Source: Planctomycetota bacterium (GTDB lineage Bacteria; Planctomycetota; B15-G4). From it: a stretch of 64,000 bases of DNA. The DNA lies in contig CBDFJQ010000002.1 in assembly GCA_965248575.1 (NCBI GenBank), positions 1 to 64,000 of the forward strand, written 5' to 3'. Position 1 is the stretch's first letter. Every line of letters starts with the position of its first letter. Below the pieces are notes generated by a model. That model was not told where the DNA came from and ran no database searches. It saw nothing but the letters and a program-made list of their open reading frames with translations. This document shows, in pieces, positions 55,419-64,000 of this stretch. Position numbers and translations under genes: made by a program.

Positions 55419-55964
55419 ATGAAGGTCCTGCTGGGTGTCAGTGGCGGTATCGCCGTCTACAAAGCCTGCGAGCTCGTGCGACGGCTCCAGCAGGAGGGCG
55501 ACGAGGTGCGGGTGCTCATGACGGAAGCGGCCACGCGTTTCGTCTCGCCCCTGACCTTCGCCACCTTGTCCGGCGGGCCGGTGGGCACGACCCTGTTCAA
55601 CCAGGACAGCGAGCAGATCGATCACATCCGCTGGGCGCGTTGGGCTGAGCTGGTCCTGGTTGCGCCGGCGACGGCCAACACCGTGGCTCGTTTCGCACAC
55701 GGCATGGCAGACGACCTGCTCTCGACGGTGGTGTTGGCGACGGAGAGCACGGTGCCCGTGCTGGTTGCCCCAGCCATGAACACCGCCATGTGGGAGAACC
55801 CCCTGGTGCGTCGCAACCTGGACGTGCTGCGGGAGATCGGGCGCTTCACCATCGTTCCCCCGGTCGACAAGACCTTGGCCTGTGGGGAAACCGGGGTCGG
55901 CGGGCTGGCTGAGGAATCGGAGATCGTGGATGCCGTCTCGGGATTCCGCTCTGACAGCCACTGA
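55419..55964 (+). CDS. coaC: Phosphopantothenoylcysteine decarboxylase (stand-alone flavoprotein)
   Basis: Motifs LLGVSGGIAVYK, HI..A.WA, APATAN, G.ADD, PAMN..MW and LACG..G.G. Confidence 0.92.
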   Translation: MKVLLGVSGGIAVYKACELVRRLQQEGDEVRVLMTEAATRFVSPLTFATLSGGPVGTTLFNQDSEQIDHIRWARWAELVLVAPATANTVARFAHGMADDLLSTVVLATESTVPVLVAPAMNTAMWENPLVRRNLDVLREIGRFTIVPPVDKTLACGETGVGGLAEESEIVDAVSGFRSDSH

Positions 55965-55997
55965 GGCGCGAGCGTGCTCCGCTGCCGGGTCGCCCCC

Positions 55998-56203
55998 CGG
56001 TGGTCCTAGGCGCTCCTCGTTCGGCCCCGGAAAAGTCTGATTCTGATTCTGAGGTCAAGCTTCGGCTGGGCGGCGGACGAAAGGAGTGGCGCGCTGGAGC
56101 TTCGGCTCCGGTCGCGCTCTCTCCTGTCGTGCGGTTGGGTCGCACATCTGATGTACACCTAGGATTCCCCGCACCGCGGCCCAATCGCACCTTAGGACTG
56201 CCG
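55998..56203 (+). ncRNA. Candidate structured non-coding RNA (~205 nt), family unidentified
   Basis: 13-bp closing helix (55998-56010 with 56191-56203), two cUUCGg hairpins and a 15-bp helix (56129-56143 with 56176-56190). The non-Watson-Crick pairs in the two long helices are all G-U on the + strand. Confidence 0.55.
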
Positions 56204-56283
56204 CTTCCCGCATTCCCTGCGTGAGCGAAGCGGCGCCCGTCGTTAAGATCCCTCGTTTGCCCCCCCAGACGAAGGATTGCGCC

Positions 56284-57385
56284 ATGTCCGTTGACGATGT
56301 CCGCCACCGCGCCACCGACATCCGCCGCCGCCTGAACCAGATCAAGGACTCTCTTTGACGCTGAGGCATTGGGCCGCCGCAGGGCGGAGCTCGAAGAGAT
56401 GATGGGCGGGGACGGCTTCTGGGATGACCAGGAAGCCGCCCAGAAGATCGTCGGCGAAGTGAAGCGCACCAAGGCGAGCCTCGGGCCGATCCTGAAGGTT
56501 GAAGCAGCTCTCGACGACCTGGATGTGATGGTCGAGTTGGCTAAGGAGTCGGGCGACGCAGCCGACTCCGCCGAAGTGACGGAGATGGAAGCCGCCGTGG
56601 CGGAGATCATGGAGAAGCTCGAGTTCCAGGTCATGCTGGGCGGCGAGTACGACGTGCGCGACGCCTATCTCACGGTGCAAGCCGGGGCCGGTGGGACCGA
56701 GTCGTGCGACTGGGCCGAGATGTTGCTGCGCATGTTCTCCCGTTGGGCGGAGCGCTCCGGGTTCGAAGTCAGCCAGGTGGCGCGGCTCGATGGTGAGGAG
56801 GCCGGCGTCAAGTGGGCCACGCTGCTGGTGAAGGGCGACTATGCCTACGGATACCTGCGGGCAGAGTCGGGCGTGCACCGTCTGGTTCGCCTCTCACCTT
56901 TCGATTCCCAGAATCGTCGCCAGACATCCTTCGCTGCTATCGAAGTGATGCCGGACCTGGACGACGCGGAAGCTGCGGAGATTCGTTCCGAGGACCTGCG
57001 CGTCGACACCTACCGTGCCGGCGGTGCAGGCGGTCAGCACGTCAACAAGACGGACTCGGCGGTGCGCCTGACGCACCTCCCGTCGGGAATCGTCGTGGCG
57101 TGCCAGAGCGAACGCAGCCAGCACAAGAACCGTGCGACCGCCATGAAGATGCTCGCCGCCAAGTTGATCGCGAAAGCCGAGTCCGAGCGGGACGCCGAGA
57201 TGGCGGACCTGCAAGGGGAGAAGGGCGACATCGGCTGGGGGCACCAGATCCGAAGCTATGTCCTGCATCCCTACCAGATGGTGAAGGACCACCGCACCAA
57301 TCTGGAAGTAGGGAACACCACGGCCGTGTTGGATGGCGACGTCCAACCATTCATCGAGACCTTTTTGAGGAGCCGGCAGGGATGA
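56284..57385 (+). CDS. prfB: Peptide chain release factor 2 with programmed +1 frameshift
   Basis: ATG 56284 opens 24 codons ending CTT TGA C (56353-56359). The +1 frame continues through the SPF and GGQ motifs and IRSYV..PY..VKD.RT. Confidence 0.97.
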
Positions 57386-58965
57386 CTGCTGGCCAGAAGG
57401 AGACATCTGTGCGCCGCGCTTTGTTGTCCGTCACCGACAAGACGGGAATTGCTGAGTTTGCCAAGGGACTTGCCGCCCGAGACTTCGAGGTGGTCTCCAC
57501 GGGGGGCACCGCGAAGGCCATTCGGGAGGCGGGCGTGCCCGTGACCGACATCGCCGACATCACGGGTTTCCCCGAGATGATGGACGGCCGGGTGAAGACC
57601 CTGCACCCCAAGGTGCATGGAGGCTTGCTCGCCGTGCGCTCCAACAGCGAGCACCGTGCCGCCATGGAGGACCACGGCATCGCGCCCATCGATGTTGTTG
57701 CCGTGAACCTCTACGCCTTCCGGGAGACGGTGGCGAAGCCAGGAGTCAGCGACGCCGAGGCCATCGAGCACATCGACATCGGGGGGCCGAGCATGATCCG
57801 CTCTGCCGCCAAGAACCACGGCAGCGTGTGGGTGGTGACGGACCCCTGCGACTATGCGGCCGTCCTGCAGGGCCTTGATGACGAGCAGAGCGGGGCCGAT
57901 GGCCTGGCGACTCGTCGCGCGTTGGCGGGCAAGGCCTACACCACGACGGCTGCCTACGACGCGGCCATCTCCAACTGGTTTGGCGAGCGCTCCGACGAGA
58001 CGCTGCCTGAGACGCTCGTGCTGGAGGCCTCCGTCGCACGGGAGTTGCGCTACGGCGAGAACCCTCATCAAGCGGCGCGCTTCTACGTCAACACGGGCGT
58101 CACGGAACCGTCCATCGCCACGGCGGACGTGCTTTCGGGGAAGGCCCTCTCCTACAACAACATCATGGATGCAGACGGCGCCCTGGAGCTTGTGAAGGAG
58201 TTCGACGTTCCTGCTGCGGCTGTCATCAAGCACACGAATCCCTGCGGCTGTGGCGTGGGTGAGGACATCGCGACGGCCTTCGAGCGGGCCTGGTTGGGCG
58301 ACCCCCAATCGGCTTTCGGTGGCATCGTGTCCATCAACCGGCCCGTTGACGAGCAGTTGGCGCGAGCCATCGCCAAACCCCAGCACTTCCTGGAGGTCAT
58401 CGTGGCACCCGCCTTCGCGGGCGAGGCCGTGGAGATCCTCAAGACGGGCGCCAAGTGGGGCAAGAACGTGCGCCTTCTGGCGACGGGGGAGTTGGGCGCT
58501 CGCTCAGCTTCCGACCTTCAGCTGCGAAAGGTGACGGGGGGCTATCTGGTCCAGCAACGGGACCTGGGGTACGAGCACGAGAAGCGGGAAGTGGCCAGCG
58601 CGCGGCAGCCGACCGCCGCCGAGCTGGACGATCTCGAGTTCTCCTGGCGCGTCTGCAAGCACGTGAAGAGCAACGCCATCGTGCTGGCCAAGGGCGGCAC
58701 GCTGTTGGGTGTCGGCGCAGGCCAGATGAGCCGCGTGGACTCGGTCTTCATGGCCGGACACAAAGCCGGCGAGCGGACCCAGGGGGCGGTCCTGGCCTCG
58801 GACGCCTTCTTCCCCTTCCGGGACTCCATCGACGAGGCCGCGCGCCTGGGGGTCACGGCGGTGATCCAGCCGGGCGGCTCGATTCGCGACAAGGAGTCGG
58901 TGGCGGCGGCGGACGAGCACGGCATCGCCTTGGTACTCACAGGCAGCCGGCACTTCAAGCACTAG
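57382..58965 (+). CDS. purH: Bifunctional AICAR formyltransferase / IMP cyclohydrolase
   Basis: Motifs [72 protein letters not shown] and RHFKH; ATGA overlap with prfB. Confidence 0.97.
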   Translation: MTAGQKETSVRRALLSVTDKTGIAEFAKGLAARDFEVVSTGGTAKAIREAGVPVTDIADITGFPEMMDGRVKTLHPKVHGGLLAVRSNSEHRAAMEDHGIAPIDVVAVNLYAFRETVAKPGVSDAEAIEHIDIGGPSMIRSAAKNHGSVWVVTDPCDYAAVLQGLDDEQSGADGLATRRALAGKAYTTTAAYDAAISNWFGERSDETLPETLVLEASVARELRYGENPHQAARFYVNTGVTEPSIATADVLSGKALSYNNIMDADGALELVKEFDVPAAAVIKHTNPCGCGVGEDIATAFERAWLGDPQSAFGGIVSINRPVDEQLARAIAKPQHFLEVIVAPAFAGEAVEILKTGAKWGKNVRLLATGELGARSASDLQLRKVTGGYLVQQRDLGYEHEKREVASARQPTAAELDDLEFSWRVCKHVKSNAIVLAKGGTLLGVGAGQMSRVDSVFMAGHKAGERTQGAVLASDAFFPFRDSIDEAARLGVTAVIQPGGSIRDKESVAAADEHGIALVLTGSRHFKH

Positions 58966-58976
58966 GTCGAACTTGA

Positions 58977-59020
58977 GCACGCCCCCGGTCCCCGCGCATG
59001 AGCAGGGCCTCGGGGGCGTG
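58977..59020. terminator. Hairpin between the convergent purH and redoxin genes
   Basis: GCACGCCCCCG ... CGGGGGCGTGC, an 11-bp inverted repeat. Confidence 0.55.
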
Positions 59021-59034
59021 CCGATCAGGCGGAC

Positions 59035-59694
59035 CTACTTGCCGTACTTCACGCTGCAGCCAAAGCTCTTCGTCTTGGCAATGCTGACGGGCTTGCCTGC
59101 GCGGTATTCCATCAGGGTCTGACGCACGTAGTTGGTCTTGGTCTCGCCGCGGCCATTGCTGTCGTCGATGGCGCCTTCGTAGACCAACTCGCCCTTCGGG
59201 GAGATGACGAACATGTGCGGCGTGGTCGCGGCGCCGTAGGCGCGGCCCGTCTTGCCGTCCATGTCGAGCAGCACGGGGTAGGGCAGGTTCCAGTCCTTGG
59301 CGGCCTTGATGTTGCGCTCGAGCCCAGCGCCCTGCTTGCCTTCAGCGCCTGAGTTGATGGCGAGCCAGACGAGGTTGTCGTCCTTGAGCGCCTCGTGCAT
59401 CCCCGCCATCTTGCTGGGCGCGTCGTGGTAGCGGCGGACGAAGGGGCAGTCGGGGTTGAACCACTCGAGCACCACGGTCTTGCCGGCAGCTACGTAGGCA
59501 CTCAGCGAATGCGCCTGTCCGTCGGTGTCCAGGAGGGTGAAGTCGGCAACGTCGAGGTTCACGACGGCGGGGCTGGAGAGGGCGACTTGGGCTGGCGCAT
59601 CCGAGGCGCTGTCGGAACTGACGGTTCCACAGGCGCTGAAGAGGGCGAGGCTGGCGATGGCGAAAGATCGAACGAGAGTCATGCGGGCAGTCAT
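59035..59694 (-). CDS. Redoxin (AhpC/TSA, thioredoxin-like) lipoprotein
   Basis: Motifs DFTL.D.DG, VVLEWFNPDCPFV, WLAINS, YGA.TTPHMF, YEGAID and GCSVKY; lipobox SAC. Confidence 0.92.
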   Translation of the reverse strand: MTARMTLVRSFAIASLALFSACGTVSSDSASDAPAQVALSSPAVVNLDVADFTLLDTDGQAHSLSAYVAAGKTVVLEWFNPDCPFVRRYHDAPSKMAGMHEALKDDNLVWLAINSGAEGKQGAGLERNIKAAKDWNLPYPVLLDMDGKTGRAYGAATTPHMFVISPKGELVYEGAIDDSNGRGETKTNYVRQTLMEYRAGKPVSIAKTKSFGCSVKYGK

Positions 59695-59733
59695 GCTTGG
59701 AGGTCCAGAGAGGTGAAACGAAGGAGGTTGGGT

Positions 59734-60702
59734 TCAGTGCCGCTCGGAAGTTGGCTTCGGGTCATGGGGATTGCTGTGGTCCACCCAGACCAACTGCGAG
59801 CGCCGTTTGTGGGGAGGCTTGTCGTACCAGATTTCCAACAGTCCGCGCAGGCGTGCGGGCCCGGCGTGCTCGGGGCGGTAGGGCGGTTCCGGGTCGACTT
59901 CGAGCCTCAACAGCGCTCCCTCGGCTGCGCAGCTGCTGGCGACGTGGACGAGCGGCAATCCATCCTCGTAGGGATAGAAGGCCAGGCGCCGGGCCCCTGC
60001 GACGGACACTTCGATCAGCGGCGCGCGAAGGGGGTCGGCAGCGGTGGATGAGCCGGCAGCGGCGGATGCCGTGGTCATGGCCTTGATCGTGAGCGCCTGG
60101 AGCCCCGGCAGCGGCGGTCCTGGCAGGCGAGCCTTGAGGGCCTCCAGCTCCGGAGCGGCCTCGCTGGCTCCCGGTGCCTCGCCGGCGGCGGCGACGAGCA
60201 TCTCCAAGGAGACCGCTGCCGCTCCGGGAACACACGCTTCCTCACACACCAACCAATCGGTCGCCACGGCGAGCTCCACTCGCGCACCGGCCGGCACGTC
60301 CTCTGCAACGGTGATGGGGAGCAGCAAGGTGACCTCGTCGTGATAGACGTGGTCCACGAACTCGCCGCCGTGAATCAGACGTTCGGGTGCGGGCCAGCCC
60401 AGGGCGCCGGCCGTGAAGCCCGGCGGCAGTTCGGGGATCACCTGGATGGGGAGCCCCGAGTCGTTCTGGCCCGGCCAGTAGAGGTGCCAGCCGTCGTCCA
60501 TCTCGAAGCGCACACCCACGTAGTGCGTGCGTCCCGGAATCCAGCGCGTCGTGTCGGGCAGCAGACGGACCTGGACGACGCCCTGCTTCACCGCGAGGGC
60601 TGTCGGCGGGGCATCGAGCGCTTCATCCATCTGTGAGGATGGGGTCGAGGCGAGCCAGAGGACCAGGAACAGGGTCAGAAAGGGGAGCTGTGGGCTAGGC
60701 AT
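59734..60702 (-). CDS. DsbD N-terminal-like (protein-disulfide reductase) domain protein
   Basis: Motifs GWHLYW...DSG.P, WPAP, Y...V.L and WLVCEEACVPG; signal peptide. Confidence 0.85.
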   Translation of the reverse strand: MPSPQLPFLTLFLVLWLASTPSSQMDEALDAPPTALAVKQGVVQVRLLPDTTRWIPGRTHYVGVRFEMDDGWHLYWPGQNDSGLPIQVIPELPPGFTAGALGWPAPERLIHGGEFVDHVYHDEVTLLLPITVAEDVPAGARVELAVATDWLVCEEACVPGAAAVSLEMLVAAAGEAPGASEAAPELEALKARLPGPPLPGLQALTIKAMTTASAAAGSSTAADPLRAPLIEVSVAGARRLAFYPYEDGLPLVHVASSCAAEGALLRLEVDPEPPYRPEHAGPARLRGLLEIWYDKPPHKRRSQLVWVDHSNPHDPKPTSERH

Positions 60703-60852
60703 GCTGGGCGTGTGGGGCAGAGAGTCGGGGAAGCGAGGCGAGCGCACCACGAGCGGCTATCCACTGTAGTGGTGGGACCGGAGCTTGACAGTGACGAGCT
60801 CGCGAAGTGTGGTGGGTGGTCTCAATTCCGAAGGCACGGCTGGAGTGAGTTC

Positions 60853-62843
60853 ATGGGCGGATCGCGGGGCCTGTTGGTCATGGCGTTGCTCGTGCTGACG
60901 GCTGTGGGGCTGGCCGTGTTGGTCCTGGACCAGGATCTGGGGCCCGGTGGGGGCCTGGAAGGGGACACAGGCGTATCCCGGGCAGGCGACGGGCTCTCCC
61001 CGCCTCAGGAAGGGGATGGCTCGGCGCCCATGGTCGTTCCCGAGGGCGTTGAGCGGAAGCCTGTCCCGTTGCAGGAGCAGGAACGACGCCTGCAGTCCGG
61101 CCTCAGGACATCGCCCGCGGTGGATCTCCGAAAGGTGTCGGGGCGGCTGCTGCGAACGGCCGACCGCTCGCCCATCGTGGGAGAACATCTAGGCTGGGGT
61201 GACCGCTCGGTCGTGACCAACGCCGACGACGGTTCCTTTGAACTCGACGTGCCTCAGTCCATCACCACCCTGCATTTGAGGCTAGGAGGTCGACAGGTGT
61301 TCGTGCCCCTGCCTTCAGCAGAGGGTGACCTCAACAAGCTCGAACTCCTGGCGGACACGGGCTGGATCCTCACGGGCGTTGTGCGCGACGGTTTCTCGGA
61401 ACAGGTTCCGTTCCCCGCGATCACCGTGGGCAAGAACAAGCTCCAGGGGGATGCGGCCGGGAGGTTCCGCATCCTGGATGTCCCTGCCAGCGCCTCGAAG
61501 CTGAGCTTCAGTGCGCCCTTGCACACAAGTCGTGAGTTTCAGCCGACCCTTACGGGGGAGCAGCGCGTCTTGGATCTCGGGGACATCCGCCTGACTGCGG
61601 CCGGTGCCGTGCAGGGTTTCGTGTGGGCCCCAGGGGGCGAGGCCTTGGAAGCAGGCGTGCAAGTTCGCATCGCTCTCGAGGTGGAGGCGGATGGCTTCGA
61701 GCTGAATTCTCGCATCCCACCGGCGACTCCCGATGAGGACGGGCGCTACCGTTTGGACGGCGTACCCGCCGGAGAGTATGTGCTGGTGGTCGTCACGTCC
61801 TGGTCGCGCGCCTATAGCCAACTTCGCGCAATTCGCGAACTGGGAGACCTCTCCGCCTGGGAGCAAATGGAGGGGGTGACGGCCTTGTACGAACCGCCCG
61901 CCCAGTGGCTCCCCCATGTGCTGGTACGGGCGGGAGAGGTGACCAAGCTCGATGTGCAGCTGATGCCCGGTGCCGCGGTGACAGGGCGCATCACGGACGG
62001 TTCCGGCAATCCCCTCGAGCGTGCTGTGGTGAAGTCGTGCACAGTTGGCGCCAGACCCTGCCCGACCTGAAGCACGCATCCATGGCGAAGTCCGAGGGGT
62101 TCACGGTCTCGCTCGGCGTGGATGGGAGCAAGGATCTCGTGCTCACCGATCTCGTGGCTTGGACGACGACGGACGAGCAGGGGAATTACCGGCTGGGCGC
62201 GCTCCCTCAAGGGGATGTGGTGATCCGGGCCGTGCACGGAGAGCACCCGGGCTGGATGGCGCGGGAGCGGACGGTGAATCTCGTGTCGGGCAGCACATCG
62301 CGCAATATCGAGTTGCAGCTGGGAGGCGGGCGCATCGTCCGGGGGCGCGTCTTCGACGCCACTGAGCGCCCAGCGCAGGGTGCAGCAGTCGTGCTTGTGG
62401 ACGGCGAGGGTGCGGCGCTCATCGCCGACGAGAACCGCGTGGAGACCACGGCCGATGGGCGCTTTGAGTTCGCAGGTCTTTCTCCAGGAAACCTACGGCT
62501 GGCTGTGAGCCTCAAGGGCCATCGCACCCTGGTGACGGCCGTGGACCCCACCGTGGCTGAGCAGCGCATCGATCTCGGATTGGGTGCCGCAGTGAAGGGT
62601 GTCGTGCGGGATGCGTCCACTGGCCGGCCTCTGCAGTCCTTCCAGGTCCGTCTGGAGAACGACGTGATGTTCATGACCCGCACTCGGCAGGACGCGAAGG
62701 GCGAGTTCGAGCTGGTGGGCCTGGAGCCCGGGGAGTACCTGCTGCTCGTGACGGCGGCCGGCTATCAGCCCGGGGTGCTGGGGAGCGTCCTGGCGAGTTC
62801 TCCAGCCGTGCCGGTGGACGTGGCCTTGCAGCCGCTCCCTTGA
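60853..62843 (+). pseudogene. Carboxypeptidase-regulatory-like repeat protein interrupted by a one-base frameshift near 62031
   Basis: The same repeat type (V.G.V.D..G.P..GA.V, DG.F/Y.L.G...G.Y) occurs in ORF 60712-62070 and ORF 61905-62843. They join as ERAVV|EVVHSW if one G is added at GTG(G)AA. Confidence 0.7.
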
Positions 62844-63100
62844 CGTCGCGACGCCGCCGAAGTGGCGACCTAGGCGACCTAGGCGACTTTCGCGATGGGC
62901 CTCACATGTGGGGATTCATGGGCTTCCGCCTATTCCTGGTCTTCGGCAGGAGCGCTCACGACCCGCTGGAGCGGGGGTTGATAAACTCTCGCCCCAACGT
63001 GAAGGAGCCGGCACCGGATGGAGCCATATCGGATGGCGTTGCACACGACACTTTCGCACAGGCGTCACGCGTTGATCGCGAACGACAGGGAATCCCTTCG

Positions 63101-63961
63101 ATGACAGCTGTCCGACTTCTCTGCGCCGCCTTGGCACTGTGTGCGTCGGGCTGCGCCAGCCGCGCGGTTTCGGTGGAGTTGGGGCGTTCGCATCTGCGGT
63201 CCGTCGCCATCGCCAACTACGAGCGTCCGTCAGGGAGCAAGATCAATCGCCTGCTGAAGCTGCTCAACTCAGAAGAGTTCGTGCCCGTCGCCACACCGGA
63301 GCAAGCGCTCGTCGAAGGCAGTGAGGGGCTCGACGCGGAAGAACCGTCGGACGAGGTGCTGCTGGAGCCCTCGGCGCCCGTGAAGCTCGAACTGGCCTTG
63401 ATGACGGAAGTGATCGATGCGGACCAGCGGCTCGTGTTGGCGCCCGTGCATGACGGCGACCTGTTGCTCGACGGATTCGCGCGGGTCGGAGACGGCGATG
63501 GGATCAAGCTGCACCTGCAGGCCAAGACCGAATGCACGGTGTACGTGATCCACATCGATGCCAGCGCCCGCCCGCAACTGCTGTTTCCGAACGAGCTCTG
63601 GTCGACCATGGGCAACCCGGTCCTGGGGGGGCGGCCCTACCGCCTTCCCCAGGGGAATGTGCTCTTCGAGTTGGGCCCGGTGCGGGGCCTGGAGACCCTC
63701 TACATCGTGGCCTCGCCGGCGCCCTGGGACGAGCTGGAGTTGCTCTTGGATGAGCTGGCTGCAGCCTCTTGGGAAGGACCCGAGGTGCCAGCGCCCGTGA
63801 TGCGTGCGACGCAGGTCACCCAAGGGCTCAAGCGCATGCGGCCCACGACTGCGCGCGCCGTGGGAGGCCCCTCAGGGACGCTGACGGATGTGCCCTCCAC
63901 CCTTTACGTGGGGGAAGAGGGACGGCGTCTGGTGATCACGCGCTGGTTCAGCCACCAATAG
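63101..63961 (+). CDS. DUF4384-domain lipoprotein
   Basis: Lipobox ASGC; motifs GD.I.L......C.VYV..ID..G/A...LLFPN, Y.LP....F.L and G.ET.Y.VAS..P. Confidence 0.78.
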   Translation: MTAVRLLCAALALCASGCASRAVSVELGRSHLRSVAIANYERPSGSKINRLLKLLNSEEFVPVATPEQALVEGSEGLDAEEPSDEVLLEPSAPVKLELALMTEVIDADQRLVLAPVHDGDLLLDGFARVGDGDGIKLHLQAKTECTVYVIHIDASARPQLLFPNELWSTMGNPVLGGRPYRLPQGNVLFELGPVRGLETLYIVASPAPWDELELLLDELAAASWEGPEVPAPVMRATQVTQGLKRMRPTTARAVGGPSGTLTDVPSTLYVGEEGRRLVITRWFSHQ

Positions 63962-64000
63962 TCGCTGGACAGACAGCAGCCCGAGCGCGAGTGGCCTAGC

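Noticed and set aside
56025..56045. GGAAAAGTC resembling the RNase P motif GAGGAAAGUCC
   Set aside because: The match is imperfect, the 3' conserved region is missing, and the element is too short.
56043..56130. Hammerhead-ribozyme-like elements (CTGA...GA, GTC...GAC-GAAA, stem ending in U)
   Set aside because: The core is not CUGANGA, the cleavage triplet would be CUG (G is not tolerated), and no stem I forms.
62864..62887. Tandem repeat GGCGACCTA x2.7
   Set aside because: Too short and without spacers; it is not a CRISPR array and I cannot support a function.
1..64000. tRNA, rRNA, CRISPR, IS/transposase, integrase, prophage or known defence systems
   Set aside because: No diagnostic motifs were seen by eye; tRNAscan-SE, ISEScan and DefenseFinder would confirm their absence.

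Overview
High-GC bacterial chromosomal window, densely coding (about 47 genes). I found no tRNA, rRNA, CRISPR array, transposase or phage module. Gene families (DUF6677-like and DUF1570-like proteins, the RNase HII type, many carboxypeptidase-regulatory-like domain proteins, an FG-GAP protein with a distinctive C-terminal tail) suggest a Planctomycetota member; this is inference. Housekeeping genes include two tandem trkH, rnd, a moeB/thiF family gene, rnhB, lgt, fabZ, glnE, a GT9 heptosyltransferase, a Kdo/LPS kinase, dprA, aroB, folC, an rluB-like gene, rsmD, split coaB and coaC, prfB with its +1 programmed frameshift, and purH. These are mixed with secreted or membrane proteins and a 1711-aa Ser/Thr kinase-TPR-GAF-sigma54 activator. 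Most notable observations: (1) an unannotated ~205-nt highly structured RNA candidate between coaC and prfB; (2) a recurring leaderless promoter layout (-10 box 6-8 nt before the start codon), including an overlapping bidirectional -10 serving puuD-like and folC; (3) an SNase-like plus HExxH metallopeptidase fusion; (4) a 64-aa FlgM-like protein behind an AT-rich sigma28-like promoter; (5) several apparent pseudoenzymes (CHAT, DUF1570-like, ADO-like ferritin fold); (6) a candidate C-terminal sorting domain. All family calls come from motif recognition by eye; no database search was run.
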